From Mobula hypostoma (Eukaryota), in assembly GCF_963921235.1 (NCBI RefSeq), contig NC_086097.1, positions 102,550,001 to 102,614,000 on the forward strand: a DNA stretch of 64,000 nucleotides, given 5' to 3'. The notes beneath the pieces were generated by a model, which worked only from the letters and a program-made list of their open reading frames with translations, was not told the DNA's origin and did no database searches. Position 1 is the stretch's first letter; every line of letters begins with the position of its first letter. Positions 12,341 through 25,700 of the stretch are shown in pieces. A program made the position numbers and the translations under genes.

Positions 12341-14130
12341 CTCAACTCAGTTTAATCTCCCGGATTCAATTCTTTCCTACCTACATCCATGACTCTTCAC
12401 GCACTCTTGATCTTAATGATTTCAAGTTTGTTGCCCCGATCGTCTTATTTTCACTATGGATGTCCAGTCCCTACACACCTCTATCTCCCATCAAGAATGC
12501 CTGAAAGCTCTCTGCTTTCAGGACACCAGAACCAAGCAGTTCCCCTCAACCACCACTCTCCTCCATCTGGTGGAACTCTCAATAATTTCTCCTTCATCTC
12601 CTCTCATTTCCTTCATACATAGTGGTGTAGCCATTTTGCATGGTTCCCAGCTATGCCTGCCGTTTTGTTGGCTCTGTGGAACAGTCCATGTTCCAGGCCG
12701 ACACTGGTATCACTCCCTAACTGTTCCTATGCTGCCTTGACAACTGCATTGGTGCTGCTTCCTGCACCCATGCTGAGCTCGTCAACATCATCAACTTTGC
12801 CTCCAACTTGCTCCCTGCCTTCAAATTTACCTGGTCCATTTCCCTCCTCTTTCTTGATCTCTCTGTCTCTATTTCTGGAGGTGTCTTATCTACTAGTATC
12901 TTTTTTAAACCCACTGATTGTCACAGCTTTTGGACTATACCTGTTCCTACCTTGCTACTTGCAAAGATACCATACCCATTCTCTCAATTCCTGTGCGCCA
13001 TCTCGTCTGCTCTCAGGACGAGGCTTTTCATTCCAGAACTCATGAGATGTCCTCCTTCAAAGAAAGAGGCTTTCCTTGCTCCAACATCAACTCTGCCTTC
13101 ATCCACATCTCTTCCATTTCGTGCACGTCTGTCCTCACCCCCATCCACCTGCCACCCCACCAGGAATAGGGTTCCATTTGTCCTCACCAACCACCCATCA
13201 GCCTCGGCATCCAGTACATAATTCTCCGTTACTTCCGCTGTCTCCAGTGGGACCCCACCACCAAGCACGTTTCCCTCCTGCCCTACTTTCCGCAGAGACT
13301 GCTCCCTACATATCTCCCTTGTCCATTCGTTCCTCCCCATTGATCACCCTTTAGGCACCTGTCCTTGCAAGTGGAACAAGTGTCACACTTGTCCCTACAC
13401 CACCTCCCTCATTACCATTCAGAGCCCCAAACCTTCCTTCTAGGTGAGGTGATGCTTCACCTGTGAGTCTGTTGAGGGCATCATCTGTATCCGGTGATCC
13501 TGTTATGGCCTCCTGCGTTTCAGTGAGACCCGATGTAGAGTGGGAGACCGCTTCACAGAGCACCTATGCTCCATCTGCCAGAAAAAGTGGCATCTCCTAG
13601 TACCCTCCTGTGCTGTCATGATGAGACCACACTCAGGTGGGAGGAACAACATCTTGTATTCTGTCTGGATAGCCTCCAACGTGATGGCATAGGCATGTCT
13701 CAAACTCTAGTAATTCTCTCTCTTCCCCACCCCCCTCACCATTCCCCATTCCTATTTTTCTCTCCTCTCACATTATCTCCTTACCTGACCACCTCTGGTA
13801 CTCTGATCCCTTCTCTTTCTTCCATAGCCTTCTGTCCTCTCCTATCAGACTTCCCCCTTCACCAACCCTGTATCTCTTTTCACCAATCGACTTCCCCCCC
13901 TCTCCTGGTTTCACCTATTGCTTACTACCTTGTACTACTTTCTCTCCTCCTCCACCCACCCCCACCTTCTTACTGACTTCTCATCTTTTTTTCTCTGGTC
14001 CTGCTGATGTCTCTGCCCAAAATGTCGACTGTATGATTTTCCATAGATGCTGCCTGGTCTTCTGAGTTCCTTCTGCATTTTGTATATGTTGTTTGGATTT
14101 CCAGCATCTGCAGATTGTCTCTTGTTTGTA
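12341..14130 (+). mobile_element. 5'-truncated Penelope-like retroelement (RT + GIY-YIG remnants), pseudogenised
   Basis: MDVQSLHTSISHQECLKAL, FKFTWSIS..FLDLSVSISG..LST..F.KPTD and CSQDEAFH motifs. GIY-YIG-type region at ~13440-13570. Decayed hammerhead at ~13996-14031. TSD TTTAAGATGC at 12331-12340 / 14131-14140. Confidence 0.88.
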
Positions 14131-14608
14131 TTTAAGATGCTGAGAAGGTAGGACAAAGGATAGATAAATAGGACAAGGGTTAGATAGAACAAATGGAATA
14201 GTTATGATGTGGTGAAGCTGGGATTGCCATGGGGGTAAGTTAAAGAGATCATCTGGCCAGTAGTTAAGGGGACAGTAAGAGGGAGACTATGAACAAAAGC
14301 TATGAAATTGGCGAGTAAGAATACACAGAAAGATAAAAATTGCAAAATACTAACCTATTGGACGTGCACAGCAGATTAGGATATGATAATGGAGAGAAAT
14401 ACTTAAGTAGAAGTGGCCAGAGAAACAGAAAATAAGTTACTTGAATTTGATGGTAACTTGATAGCACTCCTAGGATCTATTACCAGCTCACTAATACCTG
14501 AGTTTAAATAGCAATTAAGCAATCAAGCACACGAGCATTAATAGAAGGAACATACATCAAAGTTGCTGGTGAACGCAGCAGGCCAAGCAGCATCTATAGG
14601 AAGAGGTG

Positions 14609-14646
14609 CAGTCGACGTTTCAGGCCGAGACCCTTCGTCAGGACTA
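14609..14646 (-). ncRNA. Minimal type I hammerhead ribozyme motif in a Penelope-like terminal repeat (intact core)
   Basis: Minus strand reads UAGUC-CUGACGA-A-GGGU(CUCG)GCCU-GAAA-C-GUC^GACUG. It has CUGANGA and GAAA cores, stem I UAGUC/GACUG, a 4-bp stem II, a GUC cleavage triplet and palindromic ACGU in place of stem III. Confidence 0.75.
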
Positions 14647-14760
14647 ACTGAAGGAAGAGTGAGTAAGGGATATGAAAGTTGGAGGGGGAGAGGGAGATCC
14701 AAAATGATAGGAGAAGACAGGAGGGGGAGGGATAGAGCCGAGAGCTGGACAGGTGATAGG

Positions 14761-15618
14761 TGTGACGAGAATACACATAAAATTAAGATGTTTGCTGGCC
14801 TGGGTTAGCATCAGTGACATCAACAAGTGGTCTGCCACCTGCCCTCAGGGGAAGGAGAGATAAGGAACAATGGAGCAGCGTCTGGAGATGTGTAATGAAG
14901 GAACGGGGGAGAGAGAGCTGTCTGGAGCGGCTCCCCCTTTGAACCCTGAACTGTTTGAAGTGGTGGACAGGCGATGCCCCAGCAGGGGGATAAAAAGGGA
15001 CAGGTTCGCTAAGGCAGGACACACGCCACCCGAGGTAACGAGACCCTGGAAGCGGTGCGCCTCTCACGAGTGGGTGAGAAGTACCAGACAACGACCAGGG
15101 TGGAAAGGTACGATCAGCGGGAACCCAGTGTGTGTCCGCCCTTGCCTGGGTGCCGGGTTCACTGCAGAGGATCGACTGCATCTGGAGGAGGGGTCACAGT
15201 CGGTGACCTCAGGTGACATCACCAAGGACCCGCCCAAAATTGCTTGTGAGCAATCTCGCCGGTCTGTGAGTGAAGCCGTTCTGAATGATCAGTTGTTCCT
15301 GTTCTATCTCTCTCTTCCCCCACGTTGTCCATCGCCATGGCAACGATTACTGCGAACTGAACTACTAACTGGACTGAACTTTGAGTCACTTTTAAATTTG
15401 GTCATTTACCCCTAGACAACGATAGAGCTTGATTGATGCTGTTAATCTTAATTCTGTGCACATGTGTGCTTATCATCGCTGAACTGTTGCATTTATTACC
15501 CTTTCGATTACTGTGTTGCTTGTTTCTTTAATAAAACTTTCTTAGTTCTAGTACTCCAGACTCCAACTGAGTGATCCATTTCTGCTGGTTTGGCAACCTA
15601 GTTACGGGGTACGTAACA
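14761..15618 (+). mobile_element. Solo LTR (Gypsy-like), 858 bp
   Basis: TGTGACG ... CGTAACA termini, 4-bp TSD TAGG/TAAG, AATAAA at ~15530. Confidence 0.8.
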
Positions 15619-17304
15619 TAAGCAAAAGGGGATACGAGAGGATCATGGGACAGGAGGTCCGGGAAGAAAGACGAGGGGGGGGTGACCCAGAGGATGGGCA
15701 AGAGGTATATTCAGAGGGACAGAGGGAGAAAAAGGAGAGAAAGAATGTGTGCATAAAAATGAGTAACAGATGGGGTACGAGGGGGAGGAGAAGGATGTTC
15801 ATTGATGTCCGCCTGACTGTTCTGCCATTCAGTAAGGCTATGGATGACATTTTATCTCGGCACCACTTTCCTTCAGCAACCACCAATTCCTGATTTCAAT
15901 ATCTTAATGTATTGATCTGTCTTCAATATACTTGATGACCAAGCGTCCATTCACGGGTAGAAAGTGCTAAAGATTCACCACTGTCTGGATTAAGACATAT
16001 TCTATCATTAGACTTGAATGACTATGTTGAGACAGTTTTCTGATTCTAGACACCCCTAGCATCTTGCCTGTCAAGCCCTATTTGATTATTTCATTGAGCT
16101 CACCCCGTTCTCTTAAACACTATAGAATTTACAGGATGTTTAATTTCTCCCCGGAATCAATTCAATGAATATTGATGACACTCTGTTGCAAATGTATTCA
16201 TGCTTTGGTGGGGAGATTGTAGCACTACATAATGTCTCATAAGAGTCTGATACAATTGGAGTCAGATATCCCTATTCATGTATTCTTGTCCTTTGACAGT
16301 AAAAGCCAAAATATCATTGGTCTTTCTAATTGCTGCATGGTAATTTTCAGTGATTCAAGTATAAGGGTACTCTGAACCCTCAGTACACCTTTCAAACTTT
16401 CAGTATTTAAATACACATTACACTTTTTTCTCTCAAAGCGAATGACATCATACTTTGCATTATTTATTATTTTGCATGTTCTGAGCCCACACATTTAACC
16501 TATCCATATCTCCCAAAAGTCTCTGCATCCTCAGTCCATACAGCTGTAGTTTGGTATCAGCAGCAAAACTAGGAATTCTTAAGTTCAAGTTTGATTGTCA
16601 TTCAACTGTACAGGTAAATAAAGCCAAATGAAGCTGTGTTCCTCAGGGGCCAAGGTGGAAATCACAGAAGCACAGTAACACACAGTACATATAGAACATG
16701 TAATTATGAAAGCAGTAAAGCATAGTTACAAAAAATAGTCCAAATCCTTGTGTGTCAAGGCCTGTAGATTGGTGTATGGATATTGTCATGGAGCTATGTT
16801 TCTGCAAACACAAGCCTGCAGCAGTTGCCATCACATACTCATGCAGACACAAACACAACCCAGCTTGTCTTCTACCAACTGAACACTGGAGGGGCCAACC
16901 CCAACGCAGTACAGAATTCAGTCAGCTCTGGCGTCTCCTTATCCTGCGGTTGCAATAGGTGACCCCAAGGCAAAAAAGGCCTGTTCTGCGTCACAACCAA
17001 GGCTACATTGTTCCCCTGCCGTCAGCGACGCTAATGAAGCAGTGAATCAGACTTGGAACATTCTACATTACCAATGTCCGACAGTGTCTTGTGATCTCAA
17101 TAAAAACATCCAAGGCAATCATTCCATTTGTTGGGTCACTCAGTGCATCTGAAGTCCCTAGGTGGCTGAAACAGGCTACAACGTGGTTCAGCTACCTTGC
17201 TGTTGAGCAACTCAATAGACTTACACTACTTGGTGTTCTTGTGATTGGTCTTTTTTTTTTAAAAAAAGACCAGGGATGATCAATTGCAGCTTTAGAGAGG
17301 CTGC

Positions 17305-20161
17305 TGTAACTTCACATTTATGCGAGAAACTTATTTCTACCAACGTCTCCGTATATGTGTCCAAAACTCAGTTATGCGAGGAGCACCGCTTTCCCGCCAA
17401 TACAAGTCACGTGCGCGCCCCTCACAATCTCACTCCCGCCACTCTTGCATTGGTTTTGGCAAGGTGTGGATGCGTGATCTTGCGCTCTTAAACTTTTGTT
17501 GGTTTTACCTACGGTGCAGTGATTTGTGCTTGAAACATTTAACTATGCCTCCTCAGCGTCTGATGTCATGTCCTGGGCCATCAGCCGTGCGGCAGAGAAC
17601 CGCTTTAACACTTGAAAAAAAGTTGGAAATTATAAACAGCACAGCATCAGCTGAAGGTAACACAGCTCTGGGTCGCTACTGCCGGGAGCAGAATCTTGCC
17701 TTTAAAGTTATTTTGTTGCTTGACAGTGCACCAGCCCATCCTAAACATTTGGACAGCATTCATCCTAACGTAACAGTGCGTTTCCTGCCGCCTAACACGA
17801 CATCGCTGATTCAACCACTCGACCAAGGTGTGATCCACATTCAAGGCGTTTTTTTTTACGGAGAACTATCTCTCAGATGCTGCAAGCAACAGATGATTTT
17901 GAAAATCCCAGGAGTTTACCAATGGCGTGGGAATGGTGGAAGTTGGAACACTTGGCACAAATGGCGATGGACGTGGACCCAAGTTTAGAATGGAGTCAGC
18001 ATTTCAGTCGTTCCCTGCTGTCAACCCTTCTTCCCTACAAGCAAATTTATGCTGGAAAACAAAATGCTGCCAAAGAAACAACCCTTACCACTTTCTTCAA
18101 GTCGGTGTCATCTCCTGCTGCTGGCAGATCTAAGAGTTCTGTGGGTCTTCTCTCATCCCTTGCTGTGCTTGATATGATCCTGACGACAGTAACCATCCAC
18201 CTTATCTGTGTAAAGCTGCCCGACACCACAACAACCACTCATCTCCCGGAGCGAACACACCTGCCACTGTTGATGAGTACTATACACCCTAGGATGTTAA
18301 CTTTCTATGATTTATTACATTGAATATTACTGTAAATTGATGAAATATAATACAAATGTTGCCTTGTGGTACTGCTTTTGTGTCGTATTGGTGTGAAAAT
18401 GAATAAATTACAGATACAGGTTTCCCCGCTATCCGAAGGTAGAGCGTTCCTATGAAATGGTTCGTAAACCGAATATCGTAAAGCGAAGAAGCAATTACCA
18501 TTTATTTATATGGGAAAAATTTGTGAGTGTTCACAGGCCCAAAAATGACCTACCAAATCATGCCAAATAACACATAAAACCTAAAATAACAGTAACATAT
18601 AGTAAAAGCAGGAATTGTATAATAAATACACAGCCTATATAAAGTAGAAATACTTTTCCACAATCATTGCCGGCACTGTTCGCCGTAGCGAAAATCTCAC
18701 GCAAGCGCTGTCGGCAAAAGCGCACTTTCCAGTAACCTTTAAGCTATGAAGCTGCCAAATCATACCAAATAACACGTAAAAATACACAGCCGATATAAAG
18801 TAGAAATAATGTATGTACAGTGTAGTATCACTTACGGGAATCGGGAAGACAGCGAGCATACTCATGATGGTGTGCTAGGCTGAGTCGTCGAAGGTTGGGG
18901 TGGTGCAGTGGCCCCCACCCTCCGGGCAGCGAACCGATCCCGATCCACGAAGCACGCAAGAGTACAGCGGTGGCCGGGATGCACCCAGCACATCTTTAAG
19001 AAAACAGCCGAAATAAACAAGCTAATTAATTAGGTGCCGCCGGCACGTAATTGTCAGCCCAGATCAGAGGCGATTGCCAATTGTGTCGCCTCTGATCTGG
19101 GCTGACAATTACATGCTGGGCGGCACCTAATTAATTAGCATGTTTATTTCGGCTTTTTTCTTAAAGATGTGCTGTGTACCTCCCGGCTACCGCTGCATTC
19201 TCTGCGAATCGGTATCTGTCTGCGGCCCGGAGGTTGTGGTGTTGGGACACTGGGGTGTCGTCTGTTTCCATTAGGGCAGGCGGGTCATCTTCTATGACTG
19301 CCTGCCTCTGTCGAAGGTTGAGGTTTGTTGTCTGCTGTGGCTGATGTGGAAGGCTTGAAAAACGACAGTATGCTTGACTGCTGAGCCTCGCGCATTTTTC
19401 TATCATACAGGTCTTCGTAAGCAATCAAAGCATCTTGCAAGTATCCCCTAAACCGACATACCCTTTCAAAATTAAAGTCGTACTTTATCATTGCAGCGAA
19501 AATCTCACGCAGTTGCTTCATGTTCAGTTCCTGGACAACTTCACTTTCACTACTGCATTCGGTTTGGATTGTTATCCTTTCCTCTTCCAATTGCAACAGC
19601 TCTTTATCTATCAGTTCTTGGTCATGGGATACCAAAACCTCTTCAACATCATCTTCATCAACTTGCACAACCCAAACTCACTTTGTCCTTACTTCGTTCA
19701 CCACGATCAAAAAGCTTAATTATGTCTAGTTTTACTTTAAGTGCAACACCCTTACGAGCTCTTTCAGGCTTTTCCAAAACCTTAGAACTCATTTTGCAAA
19801 CGGATGCTCACAGGCACGTGTTTAAGCAATGCCGGCAAGAATGCAGTTCTGAATCCGGGAGAGAATGGCTGCTCGGGCCGTGTGCTGACTTTTTTTTTCG
19901 TGCGCTGCTTTTTCTGCGCGCTGCCTTTTTTCGTAACAATGAAAACACCTGTTAGCGAAAACGGGTAACTAATGTAGGTCTTCGTAACAATGAGGTTTCA
20001 TAAAGCGAATGTTCAAAAAGCAGGGGACACCTGTAAAACCTATTTAGGAAGCCCGCTGGAACGCAGCCCTATTTTCTCCATTTAAGTAATTACTCACATT
20101 ATGCGATTTCATATTATGCGTCGACTGCGAGGAACGTATCCCCCGAGGATAGGGTGTACTG
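17305..20161 (+). mobile_element. Internally deleted Tigger/pogo element, copy 1 (left TIR eroded), host of a nested Tigger
   Basis: LTLEKKLEII HTH start fused to LLLDSAPAHP..FLPPNTTSLIQPLDQGVI DDE motifs. Right end GATAGGGTGTACTG. Homologous to 37834-39140. Confidence 0.85.
18417..20033 (-). mobile_element. Nested Tigger-type non-autonomous transposon with a long internal palindrome
   Basis: TA|CAGGTTTCCCC ... GGGGACACCTG|TA. The empty site is visible in the second copy at ~37940. Transposase C-terminal remnant VDEDDVEEVL..HDQEL (ORF 19285-19668). Confidence 0.88.
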
Positions 20162-22744
20162 TGAAAAATTTGCATATTGTCTAGTCAGATAGTGTCATTA
20201 CAATGGTGCATTGAGGTTGTTCAAGATAAACCAATAAGAATGCAGGTTAAAGTATTACAGCGAAGTGAGTACAGTGCATGAAGGCTAAGGTGAAAGGTCA
20301 CAATGAGGTAGATTGTTAGGACAAGAGTCCATCTTATTGCACCAGGTAAGCATTCAGTAGTCTTGTAGCTGGGCAGAAGCTGCCCTTGAGCATGGTGGTA
20401 CATGCTTTCAGGCTTTTGTATCTTCTGCATGATGGTAAAGAGGAGAAAAGAGAATTACTGGCGTGGGTGAGGTTTGATTATATAGGCTGGTTTACTGACA
20501 GTGAGAACTACAGACAGTGCATGGAAGGGAAGCTGGCTTCTGTGAAGTGCCAAGGTATGTCCACAACACTATAGCTTCTTGCACATATGGGCAAGAGCAA
20601 TTCAAATAAATGTATTATCAAAGTTCTGGACAGTATGTCACTATGTACTACCCTGAAATTCATTTTCTTGCAGGCATTCACAAGCAGAACAAAGAAATAC
20701 AATAGAATCAATGAAAAACACAAAGATAAACAGCAAATGTATTTATAGTTTATTTTTTGTACGAGCAAAATAATTAATGTGAGAACATGAGTTGTAGAGT
20801 CCTTGAAAGTGAGTCCGGAGCAGCAGGAAAGACTAGTGTGTGAATTAATTTATCAGATAATTTTTTTTTACTAATTCTCGCCTGTTGTCAATTCCCACTC
20901 CCACTGATTGTTCCTTCAATCTTTCTGTCAGGCTGGAAGCCTGTCACCAGATCTGTCTCTTGTAAGATGCAGCTTAAAACCTACCTTTGACTAAGCGTTA
21001 ACATTGGAACATCCTGAAAATACAAGTTATATACACAACTTATAGCTGTATGATGTATCAGTAGACGAGATATACTTTTGCTACTATGTGTTGCAGATCA
21101 GATTAAGTTGGTGATTGCAGATGGGCAAGTGCTTCTGTAGTTGGAACTACCTGGAGGGAAATTCCTCATGTATCTGATGTGTGCAAGTTTCCAAGCACCT
21201 CACGAACCCCTCTATCAGTATTAGTGTTCCAATTTAACAATTTGGTTGCTTCTTCTCAGATTACTGAAATAACTAAATTGAAAACTGGTAATTCTACACA
21301 TGAAGTCCCATTCAATTTGCATCCACTTAAACAGCTGTTATCTCCTTATCTCAATCCCTCAATGCTACTGCTTTGAATTCCTCTCTGACGTGTAAGAACG
21401 AGCATTTTTATCACACCTCAAACAAGTGTAATAATTGAAGAAATTCTGTAGAGATGAGGAATAAATTGTGATGGATGATAGAAAGGGATAATGCTTGTTG
21501 GTGCTGTCTGGTAACTTCATTTTCTTTGAATTCTACTCGAATAGCTTTGATTTTAGATTGAAGCTTAATCTACAATGGTGAATTGGTAGAGTAGAATGAT
21601 AGAAATATTAATTGACAATAACCAAGATTTTGCATGGTTTCAGCTTTGGTGTGTCCATGTAGCTTTAGGTTTTTTTTCCTTGCTTTCTTTTCTTCCTGAG
21701 AAATTGGCAGTGTTCCAGAGGACAATGAGTTAAACGCAGCTCTGAAATCAACTGGAGACACGTACTGTAAACACTTGAATCAGATTTTCCTGGAGTATTT
21801 CCCAGAGTGAAAATGTGAAGTAAACATTTGAGTTCATGCAGGTCGTGTTATGTGAATGGGTAGCAATGGCAATCTTTCTTTCATCAGTAATCAGTCTTGA
21901 TGCAATTTTTTTCAGATTTGTATGTTCCGAAGAATTTAGTTTACCAATGAAATGCTTGTCACTTTCAAATGAATATAGTTAATTTTCCTTACTTTAATCA
22001 AAAGATGACCAGAGAAATGATGTGGTCCAATTAAAGCAATAAGTTGATGAGTTTAAAATGAAAATGCAGCATGCTGAAAGTACTCGCCAGTTCTTTTCTA
22101 CATCCAAAATGCTACCTGATATTTGTAGGCATTGGTTAAATATCATATCCCTTGGAATCAGTTTCAAAGACCCACTCCTTTTTGGCTGCTTAGCCAATTA
22201 TTTTTTATCCAGCTTAAGTCCAGAAGGTGGGAAATTCACTAACTGCATAAAGTTTGATTCTATTTACAAATGAAGCAGCTCATATCAGAGTGCGGCAAAG
22301 TAGTCAAAATAAACTGATAAAGCAGTACCATGAGGTGGCTGTGATGATCTCCAACAAGCAAGAGTAACAGCCGACCATAAATTTTCAATGGCATTTGCAC
22401 CGAATCCTCTATCATTATCATCATCCTGGGGAGAAATTCAGCTAAACTGGCCATATAAATACTGTATATGCTATGGGTGTGACTCTCTACCTAGCACTTC
22501 CAAGCCTTTCCAACATCTAGAAGACACAAGTCAGTGATGTGGATGTGTTTGGATGAGTGTAGCTCCAACACTAACTGGACACCAACCAGTCAAAGCAGTC
22601 CACTTTATTGCTACCCTTTCATGCTAAATACTCTTCTCTTCACTACCAGTGTGCAACAGTTGTCGTGTGTGTACCAATTACAGGTACATTGTGATGAGAG
22701 CATCATTGATGAAACTTTTACTGAGCTGGTCAAGCCCATTGTGA

Positions 22745-25700
22745 CTGTTTCAGGAAGATGGGTGCTCATCAGGAAGAGTAATAGGAGTTGGCAGACAGTG
22801 CAGAGTTCCACTTTTTAACAGGTTTTCCACTCTTTAACAGGTTCCACCTTTTTAGATACCGTTGGGGTGTGGCAGTGGAGAGAGAATGATCTTTCAGGAG
22901 TTAGCAACAGCAATCAGGTCTCTTGTACTGTGAGTGGCTTAGAGGGGAGTTGTGCAGTCAGGCGATGATATTGCTAACAGGGGTGCACCATTACCCCAAC
23001 TCTGCCATTTTCATTGCAACCATTCTTTACCTCACTGGCCGAGACATCCCACAAGGAGTTCAGATTCTGTATAGGGCAGAAGGGGTGGGGGCTCCTAACC
23101 TTAACAGTTTCAAGGCAAAGAGCAAGGTGTCAACTACTTCCATCATGGAGCTCCAATATGCAGATGATAACACCATCATAGCTCATCCTGAGGAGGATCT
23201 GCCGTGCATAATGGATGCTTTTGCCAGAGCATACAAACTCCTGGGACTTGATCTAAATATCAAGAAAACCAAAGCCCTGCACCAATTGAACTCCTAAACC
23301 TCCAACCATCCAAGTTGACAACATCCCTCTGGAGAACACTGATAATTTCCCATATCTTGGCAGCCTTCATCCTTCAAGAGCCACCATTGAACTTGAAATA
23401 AATCACAGAACAGGCTGTGCGAGTGGAGCTTTTGCCAGGCTGAGAGAGTGTTTTTGAAGATCGGGATATCGAGACCAACACTAAGCTTCTGGTCTATAAA
23501 GCTGTAGTCCACCCCTCCCCCCCCCCCCAAACTATATGGAGCATAATCATGGACAGCCTACAGCAGGCACATTAAATCCCTAGAAAATTGCCATCAAAAT
23601 GCTTCTGAAAAATTGAGAGTTAGCTGGAAGAACATGTGTACTAACTCAGCCTCCTGGAGAAAACTAACATTAACTCCATAGCCACAATTGTGACTCAACA
23701 CCCATTGCAATGGGTTGGCCACATCATCCATATGCCTGACTCCCGCCTCCCTAAAACACTCCTGTTCAGCCAACTCAAGGATGTTAAGTGCACTGCTGGA
23801 GGGCAGCAAAAGCGGTTCAAAGGCAGTATCAAGACCCACCTGAGGAAGTGCCACATCAACCTGAATGGATGGGAGAAATTAGCACAGGAATGGGAAAGCT
23901 GGAAAAGGACTGTCTTTGAGCACTGAGATTAAGCGACTTCAACATAGGGAGAGACTGGGAAAGGCCCAACCAGGTACATCCACCACCACTTCTATGATAT
24001 ACACCTGCCAACACTGCAGTAGGACTTGTGGATCATGGATCGGCCTCTTCAATCATCTCAAGACCTTCAAGTGACCAGGAGAAGAATCATACTCAAACAT
24101 GAGTGATCACTGATGATTGCTAGCTCAATAGTGAGGAGGACAGATAGGAGATCCTGTGGCTACAGAAGAAATCCAGGATGGTGTGTTGCCTTCTGGGTGT
24201 GAGGGTCAAGCACGTGCCTGAGTGAATGCAAAATATTCTTGAGAAGAAGGGTGAAGTCAGAGGTCATTTTACATATTGGTACAAGTTACGTAGGTTTCCT
24301 CAAGGGATGAATTTTGGGAGGTAAGTAAGAAGTTAAGAAGCGGGTCTTCAAGGGTGGTGATCTTGCAATTACTCACAGTGCCATCTGTTAATAAGGTCAG
24401 AAATGCTAAGTTTAGCCAGATAAATGCATGTCTGAGAAGCTGGTGCAGGAAGCAGGAATTTTGGTTCTTGGACTATTCTTGGATCTCTTCTGGGTTAGAG
24501 GTGATCTGTACAAGGCAGTCGAGTTGCACTTGAACCAGAGATGGACTAATATTCTTGCAAGGAAATTTGTTAGTGTTATATGGGAGGGATTAAGCTAGAT
24601 TGGTGTGTGTGGAGCTGGGATTATGAGCAGGAACAAGTCATGGGTTAACGAGGTAGCCAACAAATATAGTTATATTAAGTGGGGTTCAGTGAAGCCAGAG
24701 AAAGAATACTCAGTTAAACTTCACTTATTTCAATACACAAAGCTTAGCAGGTAAGGTTGATGAACTTGGAGTAAAATCTCTGAGAGCAATTGGCTCTGGC
24801 GACTGGGGTGTTACAACCAAAACAGAAACATAGCTGAGGGAAGGGCAGGATTGGCAGCTCACTGTTCTGAGGTGCAGATTCTACAGCCATGACAGAGATA
24901 CAGGTAAGCGAGGGAGGATATTGCCTTTTTCATAAGGGAGGAGGTAACAGCAGTACTTGCAGGACAACGTGAGCCCATGTGGGAGAATGTATAAGCACGA
25001 AGGGAAGGGCCGCTCCAGTGGATGAGGTAGAATTTTGAAATATATTTAGGAAAGTTTCCGTGCTACTAGGAAGGGTGGAATACCGGACTAGCTCTTAGCG
25101 AATGAGCAGACCAAATAACTGAAGTGGCATTTAAGGAGCACTTTTGCTCTGGTGACCATATTCTATTTGTTTTAAGATGGAATGGAAGAGGATAGGACAA
25201 GTTATGTTCCTAAATTTCCCTCTGGGGATCAATAAAGTATTTTATTATTTGTGGGCCAAAGAGCCTGTACTGTGCTGTAGGTTTCTTAAATTGGAGCAGG
25301 GCTAACTCAGGGGGGAAAAGCAGGATCCAGCAGGTGGGAACTGAGTGCAATATGTATTTCTGTGCAGCTAAGTATAGATTTTGGAAAGTCAATCAAGCAT
25401 AGGACTTAAATTATGAATGGTAGGACAAAAGTATTTGGAATAGGGCCTATGAGTACAGGTGCATATTTGATTGAAACTGTCACAGGTAGTCAAATTGGGA
25501 GAAGGGTGTTTAGCTCGCTGTATTTCATCAGTCAGGGTATTGATTATAGGAGTTGGGATACATGTAGTTGTGTAAGTCATTGGTGTGGCTGCACTTGAGG
25601 TACTATGTACAATTTTAGTCATTCTATTATAGGGAAGATGGTATACTGGAAATAGTATGGAAAAATAATTACAAGTATGTTGCTAGGATGAGAAGACCTG

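Larger units (their letters stand above)
14547..15790 (-). mobile_element. Young PLE 3' fragment carrying the intact hammerhead, split by a solo LTR
   Basis: Purine-rich PLE 3' region is continuous across the LTR (aggtgatagg ... gcaaaagggg). Outer boundaries approximate. Confidence 0.75.

Noticed and set aside
14870..15415. 181-aa ORF as a novel gene
   Set aside because: Lies wholly within a solo LTR and has no recognisable motif; likely a chance ORF in GC-richer sequence.
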